A DNA stretch of 64,000 nucleotides from NCBI GenBank assembly GCA_963700145.1, contig OY969474.1:576001-640000 (forward strand), given 5' to 3'. The notes beneath the pieces were generated by a model that worked only from the letters and a program-made list of their open reading frames with translations, did not search any database and was not told the origin of the DNA. Positions 58,027 to 64,000 of this stretch are shown here, piece after piece. A program made the position numbers and the translations under genes. This stretch comes from an uncultured Acidobacteriota bacterium. GTDB taxonomy: Bacteria > Acidobacteriota > Thermoanaerobaculia > Multivoradales > UBA5704. The number at the start of each line of letters is the position of its first letter. Positions within the stretch are counted from its first letter, which is position 1.

Positions 58027-59943
58027 TCACACCTTTTCGTCGGGCGTCGGCTTGAGACCGCGACGTAGCGCGGCTGCGCCCCGTCTCAGGGCGAGGAGCC
58101 GGCCGCGCATCCGCCAGGCCCTCGTTCCCTCCATCGCCGCCAGCCGTTCGCGCCAGGCTGCCAGTTCGCGATAGAGGCGGTCTCGCTCTGTCTCGAGCTG
58201 CCCCAGCTCCGCGTGCGCCGTCTCGAGGGCGACCACAACCTCAGCTTCTCGGGCGTGGGTCTCCGCGAGCTCTCTTTGGGCGGCGGCGGCGACCTGCTCG
58301 GCCACTTGGCGGCGCGAAGAGGCCTCGGCAAACCCGTGGCGGGCGGCTTCGGTATCACGCATGGCCTCCTGAGTCGCGCGCAGGAGCTCCGGCAGGTGGC
58401 GGAGGTAGATCGCCTCGTGCTTGCGCACGATGTATTCCTGGAGCGGCATCCCCACTTCCTCGCGGGCACAGGCGGCGATCAGCGAGTCCGGCCGGGCGCG
58501 GTAGTCGAAGCCGAGTTTGGGCAGGTGGTGGAATCGCCAACCCTGGTCCGCAGCGCCGATCCAGAGGTCCCAGTCTTCCCAGCCGGAGCCCGGCATCCGC
58601 CCGTCCCAGCCGCCGCAATCCTCCCAGACCCGGCGCCGCAAACATGCGCAGGCATCGATGTAGTTGCCCCGGAGCAGGCGCGGCAGATCGAAGTCGGGGA
58701 CGCGCACCGTGCCGGTACGCAGGCCGAACTGCCAGTGGTCGCCATAGACCACCCCTACCTCAGGCTCAAGGTCCAGAACGCGCCGGGCCGCAGAGGGAAA
58801 GTCTGGCCGCAGCCGGTTGTCGGCGTCCAGTGGGAGGAGGAAGTCGCCCCGCGCCACGGCCGCTCCGGCGTTGCGCGCCGCCGCCAGGCCGCGATGTTCC
58901 TGGCGCACCACCTGGTAGCCGAGGCCGCTCAGGGCCGCCAGCACGTCCAGGGTCCACGGCTCGTCCGAGCCGTCGTCGACGACCACCAACTCCAGAGGCT
59001 CGGTCGCGCAGGCCTGCTCGACGCTGGCGACTGCCTCGAGGAGGAATTCACCGTGGTTGTAGCAGGGCACGAGGACGGACAGCGCGGGTGGGTCGCCTGC
59101 CGAGCCGGGGCCCCAAGCGGCCCGCGGCGGCCCGCCCCAGAGCCCGGCGGATGACAGATCGGCCCGCCGATCCAGCTCCCGGAGGAGGTCGAGGCAGCGC
59201 GGCCGAACCGCCTCCAGCAGTGTCACTAGGGGATGCCGCCCCTGCCGGGCGCGGAAGAGATCGGGGTCGATCCGGGAGGCGGTGTAGCCGTCTGGAGCGA
59301 GAAGCCCGAGACGTTCCCACAGCAGGCCGTCCAGGCGGTCCGGCGTGGCGAGGAGGGCATCGGCGCTCACCAGCAGGCAGCGGTCGCGCGCGGCGTCGAC
59401 GAACTCCAGAATGCGCCGGTTGTAGTACTCCCAGATCTCGTAGGCGTAATGCGGGTTGCGGAGGAAGACCTCGGCCCCCAGCCGCTGCAGCGAGTCGGCC
59501 ACTTCCCAGGGATAGCGGTAGACGATGAGATAACGCGCATCGCTGAGCAGGCCGTCCCAGAATTCCAGGGCGACGGCCGTCCGTGGGTTCTTCCATCCCC
59601 ATCGCCGGCCGGCAGCGGCCCGCGACGCCACCGCCGCGCGAGCGGTGTCCCGCCAGGCCACGAGGGCACCAGGCTCCAGCCGGTGGTGCACGGTCCACCC
59701 CCAGTCTGGGTGGCCGCCGTCGTCTGCCGGCAGGGCGGCGAGCAGCATCCGGCTCTGCAGCTCGACGAAGCCCAGGTCCTCGAAATAGCCGGCCGGGTTG
59801 TGGGCGTCGGCGGGGAGGAGCCGTTCGCCCAGGTCGACTCCGAGGCCGTCGACCAACGAGGCCACTAACGACGTTGCGGAGGCGTGCATGCCCGTGATCA
59901 CGATCGGCATCGGGGCGGCGTCAGGGCGCGTTCGCTCGTCCAT
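58027..59943 (-). CDS. Sulfotransferase-like + GT2 + coiled-coil fusion
   Basis: ITGMHASATS, NPAGYFED and WGWKNPRT, then VLVPCYN/DDGS/DAD/EDWD, then a coiled coil ending TRAWRMRGRL. Confidence 0.82.
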   Translation of the reverse strand: MDERTRPDAAPMPIVITGMHASATSLVASLVDGLGVDLGERLLPADAHNPAGYFEDLGFVELQSRMLLAALPADDGGHPDWGWTVHHRLEPGALVAWRDTARAAVASRAAAGRRWGWKNPRTAVALEFWDGLLSDARYLIVYRYPWEVADSLQRLGAEVFLRNPHYAYEIWEYYNRRILEFVDAARDRCLLVSADALLATPDRLDGLLWERLGLLAPDGYTASRIDPDLFRARQGRHPLVTLLEAVRPRCLDLLRELDRRADLSSAGLWGGPPRAAWGPGSAGDPPALSVLVPCYNHGEFLLEAVASVEQACATEPLELVVVDDGSDEPWTLDVLAALSGLGYQVVRQEHRGLAAARNAGAAVARGDFLLPLDADNRLRPDFPSAARRVLDLEPEVGVVYGDHWQFGLRTGTVRVPDFDLPRLLRGNYIDACACLRRRVWEDCGGWDGRMPGSGWEDWDLWIGAADQGWRFHHLPKLGFDYRARPDSLIAACAREEVGMPLQEYIVRKHEAIYLRHLPELLRATQEAMRDTEAARHGFAEASSRRQVAEQVAAAAQRELAETHAREAEVVVALETAHAELGQLETERDRLYRELAAWRERLAAMEGTRAWRMRGRLLALRRGAAALRRGLKPTPDEKV

Positions 59944-59953
59944 CGGATCGGTA

Positions 59954-60829
59954 CTACGCGACCGACCGCTCACCGGTGCGGCGGTAGACGTGGAGGAGCT
60001 GGTCGGAGGGGAGGAGCCAGATCAGGACGGGCAGCGCCGCCGCCAGCCCGGCAAAGGAGACGAGGGAGGCGGCGCTGGGCCGGCGGTCGAAGTGCAGCCG
60101 CTGCCAGAGCCCGCGCCAGCGCAGGCTGGGCAGGGGCTGGCTGGCTTCGAGCGCGAAGCCGTGCCGCGCCATCAGCCGCGGCAGGCTGCGCCGGCCGAAG
60201 TAGCTGAGGTGCGGACTGGGGTACCCCTTCTGCCACAGCCGCTCGAGCAGCGCCGGCCGCCGGCAGCGCGCCAGCCCGCCGGCGAGGCGGAAGAGCGCGC
60301 CGCCGCTGTCGGGAGCGCTGACCGCGACGCGCCCGCCCGGGGTGAGCAACCGGCGGCAGGCGCCGAGGGCGGCGTCGAGCTCGTACAGGTGCTCGAGCAC
60401 GTCGTTGAAGACGACGACGTCGAAGCGCTCGTCCTCCCCGAGGTCCTCCGGGAAGTAGCCGACCCGCACCTTCAGGCCGCGCGCCGCCGCCTGGGCGGCG
60501 ATCGAGGCGTCGGGCTCGAGGCCGACCCCGTCCAGGCCCGCGGCGCGCGCCTCCTCCAGGAACCAGCCGTAGGCGCAGCCGACATCCAGCAGGCGGAGCC
60601 CGGCGAGCGGGCCGGCGGCGCGGAGCGCCGCCAGCAGCCGCCGGTGGTTGGCCCGGCGCAGCCCTTCGAGGGCCGCGACGCGGCGCGTCTCGTCGAGCGC
60701 CGCGCCCGCCTGGAGACGGTCGTTGTCGGCGAGCCGCGAGCGCCAGAGGCCGCAGGCCCGGCAGTGGCGGAGCCAGGGCGCCAGGCGCTCCGCCATCTCG
60801 GCCCCGCAGGCCGGACAGGGGTCGCTCAC
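59954..60829 (-). CDS. SAM methyltransferase with N-terminal Zn-binding motif
   Basis: CPACG...CRACG, LLDVGCAYGWF and DVLEHL. Confidence 0.85.
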   Translation of the reverse strand: MSDPCPACGAEMAERLAPWLRHCRACGLWRSRLADNDRLQAGAALDETRRVAALEGLRRANHRRLLAALRAAGPLAGLRLLDVGCAYGWFLEEARAAGLDGVGLEPDASIAAQAAARGLKVRVGYFPEDLGEDERFDVVVFNDVLEHLYELDAALGACRRLLTPGGRVAVSAPDSGGALFRLAGGLARCRRPALLERLWQKGYPSPHLSYFGRRSLPRLMARHGFALEASQPLPSLRWRGLWQRLHFDRRPSAASLVSFAGLAAALPVLIWLLPSDQLLHVYRRTGERSVA

Positions 60830-61209
60830 CCGCCGCCTTGCTGGCGGGCCGCCGGGCGGGAGCTCTCCGCGAGCAGCGCCTCGAGGATGGCGAGCCGCTG
60901 CGCCAGCCGCCGGTTCTGCCCTTCGAGCCGGTTGAGCACCACCGACAGGTGCAGGGTCAGGGTGAGGAGGAGGAAGAGGATCGTGCCGAGCACGAGCACC
61001 GGCGGGTAGTAGAGCCCGACCAGCCGCGCCAGCACGAACTGCAGGGGGCGGAAGAAGGCGAAGGCGGCGATGGCGCCGCCGATCGCCAGCCAGACCAGCG
61101 AGTACCACTCGTTGAGCCGCCGCCGCCGCACCAGCTCGACGACGAAGGCCGAGAACAGCACGGCCGCGACGATGGCGATGATCTGCACGCGCAGGTGGTA
61201 GTCGCTCAT
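60826..61209 (-). CDS. DUF2304-family membrane protein
   Basis: LVRRRRLNEWYSLVW, three TM helices and LAQRLAILE tail, located next to a GT2. Confidence 0.8.
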   Translation of the reverse strand: MSDYHLRVQIIAIVAAVLFSAFVVELVRRRRLNEWYSLVWLAIGGAIAAFAFFRPLQFVLARLVGLYYPPVLVLGTILFLLLTLTLHLSVVLNRLEGQNRRLAQRLAILEALLAESSRPAARQQGGG

Positions 61210-61925
61210 GGCCGTTCCTCCTCGAGCGGCGTCCGCCGCCGCAGCAGCTCCACGGCGAGCGCGAACGTGACCTTGGGGATGTAATAGAACGCCCGCAGCG
61301 GGCGCAGCGAGGTCTTGCCGCCCTGCCGCTCGCGCATTCTCACCGGCACCTCGCGCAGGCGGAAGCCGTGGCGCGCCAGGAGCAGGACGCTCTCCGGCTC
61401 GGGGTACTGCTCGGGGTAGATCCGGGCGCAGAACCGGACCGCGCGGCGGTCGAAGGCGCGGAGCCCCGACGTCGGATCGGTGATCCGCTGCCCGGCGATG
61501 CGGGTCAGCAGCCAGGACAGCCAGGCGATCCCGAGGCGGCGCGGGAGCGAGGCGTGGGGCCGCGGTGGCTCCAGGTACCGCGAGCCGATGGCGACGTCGG
61601 CCTCGCCGGCGGCGACCGGCGCCAGCACGCGCGCGGCCTCGGCGGGCGGGTGCTGGCCGTCGCCGTCGAGACGCACGACCGAGCGGTAGCCGCCCGCGAG
61701 GGCGTAGAGGAAGCCGGCCTGCTCGGCGGTGGCGACGCCGGCGGTGTAGGGCAGGTCGAGCACGGCGGCGCCGGCGGCGCGCGCCACGGCGCTGGTGCCG
61801 TCCGTGGAGCCGTCGTTGATCACCAGGACGTCCCAGGTGGGCGACGTGGCGCGGAGCTCTTGCAACAGCCCCGGCAGACAGTGTTCCTCGTTGAGCGCCG
61901 GGACGATCGCCAGGACGTCGCGCAC
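61206..61925 (-). CDS. DPM1-like GT2 glycosyltransferase
   Basis: IVPALNEE, INDGSTDGT, DGDGQH, DPTSGLRA and YPEPE. Confidence 0.9.
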   Translation of the reverse strand: MRDVLAIVPALNEEHCLPGLLQELRATSPTWDVLVINDGSTDGTSAVARAAGAAVLDLPYTAGVATAEQAGFLYALAGGYRSVVRLDGDGQHPPAEAARVLAPVAAGEADVAIGSRYLEPPRPHASLPRRLGIAWLSWLLTRIAGQRITDPTSGLRAFDRRAVRFCARIYPEQYPEPESVLLLARHGFRLREVPVRMRERQGGKTSLRPLRAFYYIPKVTFALAVELLRRRTPLEEERP

Positions 61926-61930
61926 CGCGC

Positions 61931-64000
61931 TCAGGGGTCCGCCAGGGCGGTGAAGCTGGGGCCCGCGGAGGCCCGCGTGACCGCCACCTTCCCGTCCGGA
62001 GTGCGTTGGAACCAGAGCGTCGGCTGGATCTCGATCTGCTCGGTCGGGTTGAGCTGCCACCAGACCGCGTCGGCCTGGAACGAACCGGCTTCGACGTCGA
62101 AACGTGCGGAGTCGACCGTGACCGTCCGGCCGTCGATCTCCCCGCGCACCGAGCGGTCGCGCAGGTCGAGCTCCAGTGTGCCGCGCCGCACCCGCGGGCC
62201 GGGAGGGAAGTCGAGGCTCCAGACGCCGAAGAGCGCCTGCGCGCCGGGATCGACGACGTGGAGCCCGAGGCGGTACGTGCGCACGCCCGCGTTCTCGGGC
62301 CGCACCAGCGTCACCCCCAGCCGGACCCGCCCGTCCACCACTTCCTGCTCGAGATAGGCGCCGCCGGCGGGCAGGCTGGCGGTCTCGAGGCACGCCTTCG
62401 GATCGCCGGTACGGGCCGTCAGGAGCCGCACCTCGGAGAGGATCCCGTCGCCGGCCAGAAGGTCGACCGCCGTCCGCTTTCCCGACAGGCAGGCCAGATC
62501 GAGGTCGAGCAGCCAGCTGCCGCCGCGCAGCGCGATTCCGCGCGCGAAGCCAGGGACGGCGAAGCGGTTGTCGGGATCCATGGCCAGGAGGCGCACCTGG
62601 AGGGTGCGCGCCGGGCCGGCGCCGAGACCGCTCTCGCGCGTCTCGCCGCCGAAGCGGGCGACGAGCGTCCGCCGCCCCGGAACGATGTCGACGGCGAGAG
62701 ACCCCCCGCGCGCCCAGCGTCTTCCCCACGCCTGCTGGCCGAGGGTCGCGTCGCGCCGCGCGCGCAGCTCGTACTCGCCGTTGCCCCAGAGACGGGCGTA
62801 GGTCGCCGGCTGGTACCAGGGCTCGCCGAGGTCCTTGCGGCGCGAGTCGTCGAGCGCCTTCTCGACCACCGCGTACTGAACGAAGGCGCGGCCCTCGCCG
62901 GGGCCGGAGGCGTCCCAGGTGAAGAGCGGCTCGCGGTAGCGGATCCGCTGGTCGCGCAGCAGGTAGCCCAGCCAGTGCTGGCGCAGGCCGGGGCGGAGAT
63001 CGATCAACATCCAGGCGTCGGGCGCGACGCGCCGGGCCGCCCGCGCCGCCGCGATCAGCTCGCGGTCCAAGACCACCCGGTCGGCGAGCACGTAGCGCTG
63101 CGTCCAGAGCGTGTGCTTGAGGTTGATCGCCAGCAGCATCACCGCCGCTCCGACGGCCACCCAGCGCAGCGCGCGGAGTCGCCACACCGCGGCGATCCCG
63201 GCCGCGACCAGCGCCAGGACCTGCGGCGTCAGGGCGGAGATCGCCTTGAACCAGCCGTAGGGATAGCCGTGCGGGAAGTCGACGCCCCAGCGCTGCTGCG
63301 CGGCGAACGCCGCGCCGACGAGGAAGGCGGCGGCCGCGGCGATGCGGGCGCGCCTCCCCAGCCGCCACCAGCCGTAGCCAGCCAGCACGGCGAAGCCCAG
63401 ACCGAGCGCCGCCAGCACGGGCATCGGCACCCGGCGCCAGCCGGTGCCGTAGGCGGCCGCCGCGTGGGCCACCAGCCCGATGACCTCGACGAGCGGCGGA
63501 AAGACGAGGATGTTGCCGCGGCCGAGGGACTTGACCCCTTCCGGGCCGAGCAGGTGGGAGACCATCTGCAGCTCGTGCCAGCCGCGCAGGATGGCGAACG
63601 GGTTCGAGACCACGGTCGCGCCGAAGGCGCCCAGCCACCACAAGGGCGCCGCACGGGCCGGGCGCCGGGCGCCGGCCCGGCGCCGCAGGACCGCCACCGC
63701 GGCCCAGGCGCAGAGGACGCCCGCCAGTCCGTAAACGGCGAAGACGGGGTAGACCGAGACGAGCGCCGCGAGGAGGACCCCGAAGAGAGCGGCCATGCGC
63801 CAGCTTCGCCGCCGCTCCGCCTCGACGCCGACGCAGAGCAGCAAGGGGAGGAAGCTGGTGCCGACGACCTGGGAGAGGAAGTTGTCGTAGACCGGCCAGA
63901 GGAGCAGGTTGCTGACCGCGGTCAGCCCGGCGGCGAGCAGGGCGCCGCCGCGCCGCAGGCGGAGGCTGTAGCGGGTCCAGAGGAAGACTGCTCCCGCCGT
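61931..64000 (-). CDS. 5'-truncated polytopic membrane protein, probable GT-C/glycan-modifying enzyme
   Basis: Frame open to the window edge, with multiple TM helices followed by a large soluble domain. Confidence 0.6.
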   Translation of the reverse strand, partial: TAGAVFLWTRYSLRLRRGGALLAAGLTAVSNLLLWPVYDNFLSQVVGTSFLPLLLCVGVEAERRRSWRMAALFGVLLAALVSVYPVFAVYGLAGVLCAWAAVAVLRRRAGARRPARAAPLWWLGAFGATVVSNPFAILRGWHELQMVSHLLGPEGVKSLGRGNILVFPPLVEVIGLVAHAAAAYGTGWRRVPMPVLAALGLGFAVLAGYGWWRLGRRARIAAAAAFLVGAAFAAQQRWGVDFPHGYPYGWFKAISALTPQVLALVAAGIAAVWRLRALRWVAVGAAVMLLAINLKHTLWTQRYVLADRVVLDRELIAAARAARRVAPDAWMLIDLRPGLRQHWLGYLLRDQRIRYREPLFTWDASGPGEGRAFVQYAVVEKALDDSRRKDLGEPWYQPATYARLWGNGEYELRARRDATLGQQAWGRRWARGGSLAVDIVPGRRTLVARFGGETRESGLGAGPARTLQVRLLAMDPDNRFAVPGFARGIALRGGSWLLDLDLACLSGKRTAVDLLAGDGILSEVRLLTARTGDPKACLETASLPAGGAYLEQEVVDGRVRLGVTLVRPENAGVRTYRLGLHVVDPGAQALFGVWSLDFPPGPRVRRGTLELDLRDRSVRGEIDGRTVTVDSARFDVEAGSFQADAVWWQLNPTEQIEIQPTLWFQRTPDGKVAVTRASAGPSFTALADP

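Overview
A very GC-rich bacterial window. Gene content (Ig-like 'SPCR.YD.R' secreted protein, S74 fibre paralogs, SymE-like gene) resembles Acidobacteriota/Thermoanaerobaculia; this taxonomy is inferred, not proven. It has four parts. (1) Housekeeping guaB, a DUF1579-like exported protein and secA. (2) A ~21.6-kb accessory block between secA and an M23 peptidase gene. It carries a sigma54-promoter-driven multicopper oxidase plus a secreted 14-repeat WD40 protein, CusB/CusA, an NtrC-type activator whose phospho-Asp is replaced by Glu, and a TonB-receptor-modABC-mosB-mosA (molybdenum storage) cluster. It ends in an AT-richer patch, a frameshifted SymE-like toxin and a phased 21-bp repeat array. 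(3) CsoR with its operator, a second unrelated 21-bp array, then Crp, dioxygenase, phosphatase and comM. (4) A ~31-kb surface-glycan locus (wzm/wzt, WecE, WbqC, many GT2/GT4/GT-C, methyltransferases, sulfotransferase, sulfatases). It encloses two tandem secreted tail-fibre-like proteins with S74 chaperone domains that share a conserved, structured ~150-nt leader. No rRNA, tRNA, CRISPR, integrase or transposase was recognised. All family assignments come from motif recognition by eye, not from database searches.
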